DNA of 60,139 nt, filler included, from Candidatus Woesearchaeota archaeon (lineage in GTDB: Archaea > Nanobdellota > Nanobdellia > Woesearchaeales > GCA-2685855), in assembly GCA_002685855.1 (NCBI GenBank). It is 5 parts of 5 records of this genome, joined end to end, with 100 filler letters (N's around TTAATTAATTAA, not from the genome) between each part and the next. Parts side by side here need not be neighbours in the genome. Positions count along the whole stretch, not along the records: positions 18,963 to 26,107 come from NYYS01000041.1; positions 26,208 to 38,553 come from NYYS01000042.1; 3 more parts are not named here. One strand, 5' to 3'. Of this stretch, positions 18,863 through 28,372 are shown in pieces. Under the pieces are notes generated by a model. The model saw only the letters and a list, made by a program, of their open reading frames with translations. It did no database searches and was not told the origin of the DNA. Within the stretch, counting starts at the first letter, position 1. Every line of letters starts with the position of its first letter. The translations under genes and the position numbers were made by a program.

Positions 18863-18962
18863 NNNNNNNNNNNNNNNNNNNNNNNNNNNNNNNNNNNNNN
18901 NNNNNNTTAATTAATTAANNNNNNNNNNNNNNNNNNNNNNNNNNNNNNNNNNNNNNNNNNNN
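18863..18962. other. Artificial contig spacer
   Basis: N-run, TTAATTAATTAA, N-run. Confidence 0.98.
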
Positions 18963-18963
18963 A

Positions 18964-19281
18964 GAACAAGACGCAATCCAGCAGGAAATAAGACGTACAC
19001 GAATTCCCCAAGGTAACCAAACACTAGGCCTCCTTGAACAAAGACTCGGAGCAAGCCGCTGCAAAGTCCGCTGTCTCGATGGAAAAACACGCATCTGCCG
19101 TATCCCTGGAAGACTCAAACGAAGACTCTGGGTACGCGAAAACGACATCGTCCTCGTAGAACCCTGGGAGTTCGGGGGAGACGACAAAGGAGACATCATC
19201 TTCAAATACCGCCCAAACCAAGTCGGCTGGCTCAAAAAGAACGGCTACCTCGACAAACTCCAGGAATTCGATGAGTTCTAA
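18964..19281 (+). CDS. eif1a: Translation initiation factor aIF-1A (5' truncated; not in the ORF track)
   Basis: Manual translation ...[41 protein letters not shown]...KGDIIFKY...WLKKNGYL. Confidence 0.95.
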   Translation, partial: EQDAIQQEIRRTRIPQGNQTLGLLEQRLGASRCKVRCLDGKTRICRIPGRLKRRLWVRENDIVLVEPWEFGGDDKGDIIFKYRPNQVGWLKKNGYLDKLQEFDEF

Positions 19282-19430
19282 ACTATTTCAAACACCCTTT
19301 TCACTTCTTTAAATACCCCACCCAAACATACTATTCTCAACATAGGTGAGAGAGGAACAAGGAACACCACAACTCAAATAAAAAAAGGTAGATAAACCTC
19401 TACACAGCCTCACACAACCAATGAAAAAAA

Positions 19431-19904
19431 TCAAACTCTTTTCTTCAACCATCCATCCAACAGAACAAACCTTCCCTCCAACCACACACTCTTTTCCCTA
19501 AACGTATACAACACCAACCCAACCACAGAAACACAGATCACACTATCCGCTAAATTAAACACAGACCACACCTGCGAATCCAGAAAATCAACAACAAACC
19601 CATGAACAACACGATCAATACTATTCCCTGCCGCACCCCCAATCACCAACACAAGGAAAAACCTCTCAACCAAATCAAACTTCTTCCAAAAAAACAAAAT
19701 ACAACCCACTATCAACAAAGAAATAACCAGCAGATAAACATTACTCCCTCGAAAAATCCCAAAACCCGCACCTGTATTCTCAACAAGATGCACAGAAAAC
19801 CAACCCCAATCAAACCCAAAACCCCAAACAACAACCCACTTAGAAAGCTGATCAAAGAAGACAACAAGCCCAATAAGCCACCAAAAAAAGCTTTTTATCA
19901 CCAT
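19431..19904 (-). CDS. lspA: Signal peptidase II (lipoprotein signal peptidase)
   Basis: DQLSK, NTGAGFG, GAAGNSIDR, VVDF, VFNLADS. Confidence 0.9.
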   Translation of the reverse strand: MVIKSFFWWLIGLVVFFDQLSKWVVVWGFGFDWGWFSVHLVENTGAGFGIFRGSNVYLLVISLLIVGCILFFWKKFDLVERFFLVLVIGGAAGNSIDRVVHGFVVDFLDSQVWSVFNLADSVICVSVVGLVLYTFREKSVWLEGRFVLLDGWLKKRV

Positions 19905-20320
19905 TGATATTTATTCTTCTGCATCATCTGAAGCTCACCCTCAGCAATCTTCTCCAACTTCATCAAACGCTGATTAATAACATCCATCTGCGCCTTAATC
20001 GCATCGAGCTTTGCAGAAATAACCTCAAGATCCTTCCCCTGCAACTGCTGACTAGACGAAGCAGAATCAGAAAACGCCTGCGGCTGCCCGCCCAAACCAC
20101 CTGGCTGCCCCAAACCTGTGTGTTCCTGCCCCCCAGGAGAATCACCCAACCCTCCCGGACTACCACCCAAAGGATCAGCAGAGCTTCCAGCTCCACTCAA
20201 AGGATCATTACCTGAACCTCCCAGAGGATCACCTGCTCCTCCACCCAAAGGATCATCACCCATCGGCTCCAAACTCCCAAAATCATCCTTCTTCTTCCAA
20301 AACTTCAACTTGTCTAACAT
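19898..20320 (-). CDS. Hypothetical protein with DPLGG repeats and C-terminal coiled coil
   Basis: Low-complexity middle; KDLEVISAKLDAIKAQMD helix. Confidence 0.75.
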   Translation of the reverse strand: MLDKLKFWKKKDDFGSLEPMGDDPLGGGAGDPLGGSGNDPLSGAGSSADPLGGSPGGLGDSPGGQEHTGLGQPGGLGGQPQAFSDSASSSQQLQGKDLEVISAKLDAIKAQMDVINQRLMKLEKIAEGELQMMQKNKYQW

Positions 20321-20322
20321 AG

Positions 20323-21138
20323 CTATCCTCTTAATTTCTCCTTTACACCAACAACCGCGCTGGTAATGGCCTGTTCACCCTTTGCACGCATACTCTGAAG
20401 AGCTTTTTGCACCAACGAAAAAGGAACCTTCCGAATAAACCTAAACATCGCAGACTCAGGATAAACAGTAACATCTCCACTCTTCAAATTTATCACAAGA
20501 CGCTCTGCACTACCTGTACTAAACAAACCCACAACAAAATAATGAAACATCGTACCCTTCAACTCCTCCTCACTCCCATACGTATGTTCAAACTGCTCCA
20601 AAATAATGGCATTCATCTCCTGCTCAGGATACAAAACCTTTGAAAAAACCACAAACGCCTCATCAGAATCAATAACAGCAAGCGCATCCTCCTTTGTAAT
20701 AATATCACCTGCTGATTTCTCAATCTCCTCTGTAGGAACATCATCAAGAACAACCCTATTCATCACAACAACCTTATAATAATCCCCAACCAAGCCATCC
20801 CAATCCTCTGCCTGCAAATCCTCACTAAACCCAACATTCTTCTCAGCAGTTGTAGCCACAGCTTCTCCCTTAGCATTATGAAACACCACTCCCGCAACCA
20901 CGCTCCCCTGATCCTCCAGCAAAAAAAGAACATCCTCCTTTGCAAACGTACTCTGAAACTCCCTTGCATCAGCCAACACTACACCACCCAGAACAAGCAC
21001 AAAAACCAACAATACAAGCCCTGCAAAAAACAGAGCCTTCACAATACTCTTCACAATCTTCCAAATAACCACCACAATAAGAACAAACACAACAACCGAA
21101 ACAAGAGTCCCTAAAACCATGTACACCTCCTCACACAT
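20323..21138 (-). CDS. Hypothetical membrane protein
   Basis: Two N-terminal TMs; likely start at ATG near 21120 after GAGGAGG. Confidence 0.75.
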   Translation of the reverse strand: MCEEVYMVLGTLVSVVVFVLIVVVIWKIVKSIVKALFFAGLVLLVFVLVLGGVVLADAREFQSTFAKEDVLFLLEDQGSVVAGVVFHNAKGEAVATTAEKNVGFSEDLQAEDWDGLVGDYYKVVVMNRVVLDDVPTEEIEKSAGDIITKEDALAVIDSDEAFVVFSKVLYPEQEMNAIILEQFEHTYGSEEELKGTMFHYFVVGLFSTGSAERLVINLKSGDVTVYPESAMFRFIRKVPFSLVQKALQSMRAKGEQAITSAVVGVKEKLRG

Positions 21139-21285
21139 CCAAAAGGGAACGAACCCTATTTAAATATTGTGCTTTGTCTATTCCATAAATACCTCCTACT
21201 TTTAACCCACGCCCAAAACCACTATTATTTATCTTGAAGTAGTAAAAATCGTAACTTATAAAAGGCTGACGCCATTTCCCGATCC

Positions 21286-22488
21286 ATGGCAGACGCCCTA
21301 CCTCTAGAAGAATCCCTTTTCGATACCCCTATAGAGCTCCCAAAAAACCCCTACTGGGAAGTATTCAAGTGCTTCGGAAGAGATGAATCCATCGCACTCC
21401 TCATCAATACAGGAGGAACAGCAGCTATGGATCTATTCATTGATAGCGATCTCGTAAACGCCCTCGGAGGACCCGTCAGCAGAAGAAGCAGAGACCTCAT
21501 CCTCTCAACAACAGGCCCCGTCGTCGAAAAAGCAGGCTTTTTTCCCGCCCACATCAAAGATGCATGGGCAGAATACAAAGCAGCCCCAAAAGAAGAACAA
21601 GACGGCTTCACAACCTATCTAAAAGGAGGACTAAAAAGAGGAGGTAAAAGTCTTCTTGAAGACATTCTCATCCACGATCCCCTCTACGTGGCCATGATGA
21701 TGGGCGGACTCCATCTCTGGCCCGGAACCCCCCCTGTAATACTCTCCGTCAGCAGCTTTATCGCAGCGGTTGGGATCGTAGCCGTAGCAGAGGTAACAGC
21801 CACAGAAGCACTCTACCATCGTTTCAAAAGAAACCTGAAAAAACGAAACTTTGGAACAGAAAAGTATCTAGAATCACGATTCCTCATCAGCAAAGAAAAA
21901 GATCCACAAGCTATCATAGACACCTTCATGGAAGTCGACGAGTTCGGACTTAGCGAACAGAGAACAGCCCACTACCACGATCGCTACCTCGATACAAGCC
22001 TTCCCATCTATAACGGAAGAACACCCCGCCTCAGAATCCGAAGAAGAGACAGAGAAGAAGGAGGCCATATCCAGACAGCACAGATCATCTACAAAAAAGC
22101 AACTGAACTCGCCCAAAAAAACCCTGAACAGTTCAGATACTTTCCCCAAGAAAAACAAAAACTCTACTTCATGCTAGACCAGGAGATGCCAGAATCTTTA
22201 GAAGAGATCGAAGACCCCCAAGCAAGAAGAATCCTCCAACGAGCACAAGCTTCGGAGAGAACAGCAGACATTGAATTCGAACGAACAGTTGCAAACAACC
22301 CAGAAACCCTCCTCATCTCTACCGATAAAGTCCATCAAGGGAACTCTCGCCTCTTCTATGTGGCAGAAGTCAAAGTATACAAAGACACTGGCCTTCTCAG
22401 AAAAGCAATGCGACTCATCATGAACAAATTTCCCGTAGTCCAAACAACCTATGGAAAACAGGAAATCGCATTAGCAAATACAATCTAG
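21286..22488 (+). CDS. Membrane protein with C-terminal CYTH/VTC-like domain
   Basis: ExRF, DxYxD, RLRIRRR, FxR, TD, ExK pattern of triphosphate-tunnel enzymes. Confidence 0.6.
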   Translation: MADALPLEESLFDTPIELPKNPYWEVFKCFGRDESIALLINTGGTAAMDLFIDSDLVNALGGPVSRRSRDLILSTTGPVVEKAGFFPAHIKDAWAEYKAAPKEEQDGFTTYLKGGLKRGGKSLLEDILIHDPLYVAMMMGGLHLWPGTPPVILSVSSFIAAVGIVAVAEVTATEALYHRFKRNLKKRNFGTEKYLESRFLISKEKDPQAIIDTFMEVDEFGLSEQRTAHYHDRYLDTSLPIYNGRTPRLRIRRRDREEGGHIQTAQIIYKKATELAQKNPEQFRYFPQEKQKLYFMLDQEMPESLEEIEDPQARRILQRAQASERTADIEFERTVANNPETLLISTDKVHQGNSRLFYVAEVKVYKDTGLLRKAMRLIMNKFPVVQTTYGKQEIALANTI

Positions 22489-22490
22489 AA

Positions 22491-22898
22491 CTATCTCTTC
22501 TTTCCTGTCTTTTCAGGAGCTGCAACTGCAACAGCATTCATCATATCGCCCTGTCCAGGACGAGAAGTAATCCGCGCATACCCTTTCTCGGTCTCAACAA
22601 CCGCACCCTTAGTCAGAATATTACGCCGCACAAAATGACGATTAGCAGGATTCTCCACAATCGTCTTAATCTTCGTCTTAACTGCCTTCTTTGCCTTTGG
22701 ATCAAAAAGATTCACCTGATCAGAATTAAGCAATAAACTCTTTACTTTCCCGCCAACAGTTCGTCGAGAACGAACAACCTGCTTCCCAACCTTTGTATTC
22801 GCAGGAATATTCCCCATAGTTGCAATCCTCTTCGTCGGCTGCGAAGTATACCTTCCTCCGCTTGGCTTTCTCTTTGAACGCTTCTGAATAACAACCAT
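22491..22898 (-). CDS. rps8e: 30S ribosomal protein S8e
   Basis: RSKRKPSGG, RTVGG, ENPANRHFVRRNILTKGAVVET, SRPGQ. Confidence 0.95.
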   Translation of the reverse strand: MVVIQKRSKRKPSGGRYTSQPTKRIATMGNIPANTKVGKQVVRSRRTVGGKVKSLLLNSDQVNLFDPKAKKAVKTKIKTIVENPANRHFVRRNILTKGAVVETEKGYARITSRPGQGDMMNAVAVAAPEKTGKKR

Positions 22899-22986
22899 AC
22901 AGCCGTGGAACTCCAGATGCTTTAAAAAGTTTGTGCCTTAATCTCCTTTTAAACAAGCTAGAAAGGGCTTATCACCACCTCAAAAC

Positions 22987-23520
22987 CTATTTCAACAACT
23001 TGTCAGCCTTTTTCATATGTTTCTCTGCATTCCTATGAACACTTTCAACCTCTTCAACGCTCTTTCTAAAAAAAGTATCTAACCTGACAATACCTTCATA
23101 AATCCTTCCGATCTTATCTTCATCAGGGTGTGTTTGTGCTTCATGAGCAAGGGCTCGTATGATCTTTAGCTGATCCAGAATGGCGTGTTCCGTCTTCTCC
23201 GCCTCGCTAAGCCCTTCAGCCTCTGCCTTAAATGCTCGTTCAAACGTTTTCATATGTAAAAATATTGACCCATTTGCTTTCAGTAGGCAATTTGCCAAGC
23301 TATCACTCGTTTCAATAACATCCTCCATCCTATGATAAAAGCCCATAAGAGGTCTTGAATCCACTTTTGCCTTATTAAGAGCATCAGACACATCCCTGAT
23401 TAAAGGGACATATTGTTTTGCCTGAAACGCACCAATTTCTTGACTAAGTAAACTATTCAGCTTTACACATAATCCCATAAGCTTTGATTTTTCATCAAAA
23501 TTACTATGCCATCCTAACAT
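22987..23520 (-). CDS. Hypothetical helical protein
   Basis: 177-aa ORF with GGAGGA RBS. Confidence 0.65.
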   Translation of the reverse strand: MLGWHSNFDEKSKLMGLCVKLNSLLSQEIGAFQAKQYVPLIRDVSDALNKAKVDSRPLMGFYHRMEDVIETSDSLANCLLKANGSIFLHMKTFERAFKAEAEGLSEAEKTEHAILDQLKIIRALAHEAQTHPDEDKIGRIYEGIVRLDTFFRKSVEEVESVHRNAEKHMKKADKLLK

Positions 23521-23675
23521 TTTTCAATTCCTCCAGTATTATATACTTTTGAAAAAACTGTGTACAATCTAATATAATTGTTTCGTTCCTTTCTTCCCCC
23601 TCTCCTGTATCCAACAATAAATAACTTTATAAAGCATCCGCTGTTTCTTCAAAGAAATCCAAACAGGTGACAATC

Positions 23676-23900
23676 ATGGAACAATCACGACCCTTAGACG
23701 CCCTCAACCGGGCAAGAAACAAACGCGTTCTCGTAGAACTCAAAAACAACAAACAATACTTTGGAACCCTTCTCGCGTTCGACATACACATAAATACTGT
23801 GCTAGCAGACGCTGAAGAACACGTCAACGGCGAACTAAAAAGAAAACTGGGAACCCTCTTCATCAGAGGAGACACCATCACGATTCTCTCTCCACAATAA
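23676..23900 (+). CDS. Sm/LSm RNA-binding protein (SmAP1)
   Basis: RPLDAL, G.L.AFD.H.N.VL.DAEE, IRGDT; upstream of L37e. Confidence 0.92.
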   Translation: MEQSRPLDALNRARNKRVLVELKNNKQYFGTLLAFDIHINTVLADAEEHVNGELKRKLGTLFIRGDTITILSPQ

Positions 23901-23911
23901 GGTGAAATACA

Positions 23912-24076
23912 ATGAGTAAAGGAACTGCCGCAAGAGGAAGAAACTCATCCAAAAAGTCCCATATTATATGCAGACGCTGCAGTGGCCACAGCTACCACAT
24001 CCACAAAAAACGATGCAGCAGCTGCGGATACGGCAAAACATCCAAAGTCAGAAGCTACAGCTGGCAGAAAAAGTAG
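23912..24076 (+). CDS. rpl37e: 50S ribosomal protein L37e (not in the ORF track)
   Basis: MSKGTAARGRNSSKKSHIICRRCSGHSYHIHKKRCSSCGYGKTSKVRSYSWQKK*. Confidence 0.95.
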   Translation: MSKGTAARGRNSSKKSHIICRRCSGHSYHIHKKRCSSCGYGKTSKVRSYSWQKK

Positions 24077-24285
24077 ATTTCTAAAGAATATCTTTGCTAT
24101 ATATTAATAGGCTCCCTGTTTTCCTAATAATCTGGCCTCTAATCCCTGAATTTCTATCCTCTTCACCCCTTTGCTTCATTTATCTGTCACAATGTATTCT
24201 CACCAGAAGAAAGATTTTATAAATAACCTCGTTCCTGCCTTCATCAGCAGGAAGAGAACTATTTTCTCTACCTTGCTTCCCTTTT

Positions 24286-24454
24286 GCGGGGATGCCGGAG
24301 TGGCCAAAACCGTTCAGGAGGTAAAGCCTGAACGTTGGCTTTACGGGACAGGCTTAGGTCACCCAGGTGGAAGACACCTGTTGGCTTAGACAAGCAACAA
24401 ATTTTTTTTGTGTTTGGAGCAGTGCCTACGCAGGTTCGAATCCTGCTCCCCGCA
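24286..24454 (+). tRNA. tRNA-Leu(TAG) with three introns (24308-24342, 24359-24375, 24390-24422)
   Basis: Acceptor GCGGGGA/TCCCCGC-A, T arm GCAGG-TTCGAAT-CCTGC, anticodon arm ACAGG-CTTAGGA-CCTGT; removing three hairpin inserts gives an 84-nt cloverleaf. Confidence 0.9.
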
Positions 24455-24652
24455 TCTTACCTTTCTTCCAATTTTCTTTTTAAAAGGCGCTAAAAAAAAT
24501 CCTTCTTCGTATATAAAGGGTATATAAATGAGTCCTGTTTTTCCTTTTTTGTAGTAAAGGCTTCAATCTATGATATTTTTGGGCTGGAAGGCCTTTTGGC
24601 AAAGTGGGTACTTTTCTTGCATAGGGAGCTACGAAAACTTTATAAATAAGTA

Positions 24653-24824
24653 TCAACATTTCAAGGGTCAATCAGTGTGTTTATCGTGCATATTCGTATA
24701 TGAAGGCATACATGAAACTGTCGTCATGGCGGTTCCAAGCGCAAACTTTATATACGATTCTGCAAATAAGCATACAGTGGTTCACAGAAACTTGATGTTG
24801 AGTGAAACACGTGGAGGTGTTTAG
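24653..24824 (+). promoter_or_regulatory. Structured leader of the S-layer gene
   Basis: Nested inverted repeats 24675-24705/24746-24775; GGAGGTG RBS before ATG. Confidence 0.55.
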
Positions 24825-26107
24825 ATGAAAGTAAAAAATGCGATTAAGAAAATAGCCGCACTAGGAACAGGCGTTGTCATGGTTGGTGCAACAATGACAG
24901 GAGCTTTAGCGGCACTGGAAGACTATCCGGCCCCTTTTGTAACAGAAGGAGTCTATGATGCATTAATTGTAGTAGGAGAAGCAGCAGCAACATCAGACGT
25001 TTTAGGCGCAATTGATATATCCGCAAGCCTGCAAGCAGCAGCAGTAACAGCAGTTGATGTTGATACAGGCGGGTCCACAAGTATCTCAGGAGACAGCCTT
25101 GAATGGAGCAAAGGAAGCAACATTCTTGAAATTGGTGAAAACCTGAGCGTAGTGCGACAGACATTGACAGATGAGGATCTTGATGTGCTTGCGCAGGGAA
25201 GTGTTTCCAACTCAAAAGGAACCACAACCTACGACCAATATATTAGATTGTCAAACAAGACACCTTCAAGAGTAGAATATGCACAGCCTTCAACAGGTCC
25301 ACACGAAGACGTTGTTGGTGACTACCTTTTAATACCTTATAGTGGTTCACAGTGGAGTTTTGAATACTCAGTTGAGTTCGCAGACGGATTTGATTCAGAT
25401 ATTCTCTCAACACTAGTCTTAGATGATATCGAAGATGAAGGTCTAAGTATGCTTGGCGGAGATTATAGCGTCCTGACAGCAGTCATGTCTGGTGGATCCA
25501 GCACAACCGACTGTACAGACGATATAACAGCATCCATAACATTTGTTGGTGGAGCAATCTCAGACATCCTGGATGCAGGCCAAACAAAGACCTATACATT
25601 AGATGGTGTTGACTACGAAGTCACCGCAGTCTTTATCAGTAACCAGAACCCTGAAACCGTTGTTTTAAGCATTAACGGAGAAACAACAGAAGAGATGCAG
25701 GAAGGAGAGACAGAAGTCTTGAACGATGGAACATCTATCGCCATCGACAGCATCCTGACAAACTCAGAAACAGGAGTCGTTGAATTCAAATTGGGCGCAG
25801 ATAAGATCTACTTCTCTGATACAAACGTAACAGACACGATCTTCTCTGGAACAGCACCCGAGTTCAACAACGAAAAGGTAACAGAAGGCCGAGTCAGAAT
25901 AGACGGTTCAATTACCGGAAGCGGTAACGATGGAAACTGCGATCTAAGTATGACTGCAATCTACTACCAATTAGCCCTGGAATCAGATGACGACGCAGTA
26001 TATGTTGCACCTGGAGAATCTGTCCGAGATGTAACAGATGCAGACATCCTACCAGGAATGTTTGGACTCTGGGATGTCCGATACGAAGGACTTGTTGATG
26101 CAGGAAC
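24825..26107 (+). CDS. S-layer protein (3' truncated)
   Basis: IKKIAALGTG..M.GAT..GALAA.L.DYPAPFV..IVVGE.AA.SDV.GA.DI N-terminus; acidic. Confidence 0.88.
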
Positions 26108-26207
26108 NNNNNNNNNNNNNNNNNNNNNNNNNNNNNNNNNNNNNNNNNNNNTTAATTAATTAANNNNNNNNNNNNNNNNNNNNNNNNNNNNNNNNNNNNN
26201 NNNNNNN
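26108..26207. other. Artificial contig spacer
   Basis: N-run, TTAATTAATTAA, N-run. Confidence 0.98.
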
Positions 26208-26209
26208 AT

Positions 26210-28372
26210 CCAAATGATAATAGATATGATTTATCAAAACCAGATCTCATTCATTGCGATGGTCATCCTAACTGTGATGAAGATGTTGAAGACAGAACCT
26301 ACATGCAGTTTACTGCAGATTTTAATTTTAACGACGTCATAATTGATTCTGCCGAACTAAAATTTACCATAGAACATGACGAAATATGGGATCATGATGG
26401 AGATACTGCACTTCTTGCTATTCAAGACAGCCAATATGACCCCCGTACCTTAAATTGGAATAATGCACCCGGGGGAACATTTATTCATGAGTTTGAGCTT
26501 CAGGAAGAAAATGTAGGAGAAGATATTATCTTCACCTATTCAGGAGACAGGATCAGAGCTGCTTTTATAGACAACAATATTGCTCAATACTATTTTGAGC
26601 CAGACGGAACTGATTATGTTAAAGGAGATGTACAATGCATGACTGATGACACATCCCTAACCGTCTATTACAGACTCTGCAATCCTGAAGATCCCTGCTG
26701 TGACGAATCAGGCGAATACCGTCCCTCTGGCTACGTCTGCAAAACAGCCCATAACGCTTGGTGTGAATCAAAAAACGAAAACGGTTGTGATGGTGCTGCC
26801 TACGAAGACAGATGCGATGGAAGAAACAGCTACTGCCCCAACAACAACTATAAAATCGACTATGACAGCGCCTGCACAAACCAGGTCTGTGTAGAACAAA
26901 GCTGCTACACCTACATCTACCAGCCTGAAAGAAGATGCGATGCCTCAACCTGTCTCCCCGGAAACCCCTATGAATGCCCAAACTACTTGATGTGCAATGA
27001 TAACAACGACTGCCTCCAGGAATGCGTACAGGATGATGACTGCATCGAAGGATACATCTGCGACCTTGAACTCAACACCTGCATAAACGGATCAGTTGCA
27101 GGCGAACCCATAGACATACAATTCGACCAAAACGGCAACATCATCAACGATGAAGAATTCATCTATCACTACAACGATTTCAACCAGCTCACCCTTGTCA
27201 AGGATGCAGAAACAGAAGAAGTTCTCCTCGAAATAACCTACAATCACGAAGGAACAAAAGTAAAACAAGTAGACCACACAACAAATGAAACAACCTACTA
27301 CCAGGGAGACTTTGTACGAGTAAAAAAAGACCAAACCATAACAGACACAACCTATACAAGATTCAGAGGAGGAGTCATAGCAGAAGAAACAGAAGGAGAA
27401 ACACTCTTCTATATCAATAACCATCTCGGAAGCCCTGCACTAAGCCTCAACAGCCAAGGAGAAGTAATCCAGGAATTCTTCTTCAAACCCTTTGGAGCAT
27501 CATTAAGAAACTACAAAAACCGCTACCAATTCTCAGGAAAAGAGGCAAACCCTATAACAAACCTAATCGATTTTGGACCACGTTCCCTTCATCCAAGATT
27601 TGCCATCTTCTTGCAACCAGATTCAGTTATCCCAGACACATTTGATCCTCAAACCCTTAACACCTTCTCCTACGTCAGAAACAACCCCTACAGATTTGTA
27701 GATCCCTCAGGAAACTATCTCAGCCCCCTCGACATAATAGACTATGTAAGTGTTGTACATTCAACCTACGCCCTCATCAAAGACCCGTCCTGGGCAAACG
27801 CAGGCTGGCTCGCAGCAGACATCGCAGGAGCTGCCCTCCCAGGAATAGGAGGATTTAGTGCAGGAGGAAAGGCATTAAAGGCTGCAAAAAACGCAGGTGA
27901 TGTTGCAGGTGCAGGCAAAGGAACAGGAAAAATCTTAACAGGTCAAAAAAATTATGACCGATTTATGAATATGTTAAGCGGAGAAAGAATTGCTGGTGAA
28001 CCTGTTATTCATGTAGATCCGAACACACTTTTTGCGACTCACCGCCCTCTTCATAAGGAGGGGTTGAAGAAAATGTCAAAAGAGTATGCTACGAGTAAAC
28101 AAACTTTTACAAAAATCCACAAGGAGGGTTGGAATCCTAAATATGTATTATTTGTTAGACAATATGGTGATAAACGTTATTTGGTAGAAGGTCACCACCG
28201 GAATGTGTTTGCAATGGTACGAGGAGATAAAGTTCCTATACAAGTATATGGGTATTTAGACGAACCGTTGGCTTATGCTGAGCATGTACCTATGGGTGAG
28301 TCTGTGTGGTGGGATGATTTTTATGATTGGACAGACAGGTTTTGGAGAAATAAATTGAATAAAGCAGGGTGA
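26210..28372 (+). CDS. RHS-core protein: DNRLRE-like, Cys-rich region, last YD repeats, RHS core, ParB-like C-terminal domain (5' truncated)
   Basis: Frame open to the contig edge; NHLGS, YQFSGKE, QPDSVIPD...NPYRFVDPSG, LVEGHHR. Confidence 0.88.
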   Translation, partial: PNDNRYDLSKPDLIHCDGHPNCDEDVEDRTYMQFTADFNFNDVIIDSAELKFTIEHDEIWDHDGDTALLAIQDSQYDPRTLNWNNAPGGTFIHEFELQEENVGEDIIFTYSGDRIRAAFIDNNIAQYYFEPDGTDYVKGDVQCMTDDTSLTVYYRLCNPEDPCCDESGEYRPSGYVCKTAHNAWCESKNENGCDGAAYEDRCDGRNSYCPNNNYKIDYDSACTNQVCVEQSCYTYIYQPERRCDASTCLPGNPYECPNYLMCNDNNDCLQECVQDDDCIEGYICDLELNTCINGSVAGEPIDIQFDQNGNIINDEEFIYHYNDFNQLTLVKDAETEEVLLEITYNHEGTKVKQVDHTTNETTYYQGDFVRVKKDQTITDTTYTRFRGGVIAEETEGETLFYINNHLGSPALSLNSQGEVIQEFFFKPFGASLRNYKNRYQFSGKEANPITNLIDFGPRSLHPRFAIFLQPDSVIPDTFDPQTLNTFSYVRNNPYRFVDPSGNYLSPLDIIDYVSVVHSTYALIKDPSWANAGWLAADIAGAALPGIGGFSAGGKALKAAKNAGDVAGAGKGTGKILTGQKNYDRFMNMLSGERIAGEPVIHVDPNTLFATHRPLHKEGLKKMSKEYATSKQTFTKIHKEGWNPKYVLFVRQYGDKRYLVEGHHRNVFAMVRGDKVPIQVYGYLDEPLAYAEHVPMGESVWWDDFYDWTDRFWRNKLNKAG

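Noticed and set aside
18863..18962. TTAATTAATTAA palindrome repeated four times in the window
   Set aside because: Artificial six-frame-stop linker inside N-runs, not biological
18915..19235. Minus-strand ORFs of 106 and 65 aa
   Set aside because: Shadows of aIF-1A on the + strand
24171..24389. 72-aa ORF
   Set aside because: Overlaps the tRNA-Leu gene and has no protein features
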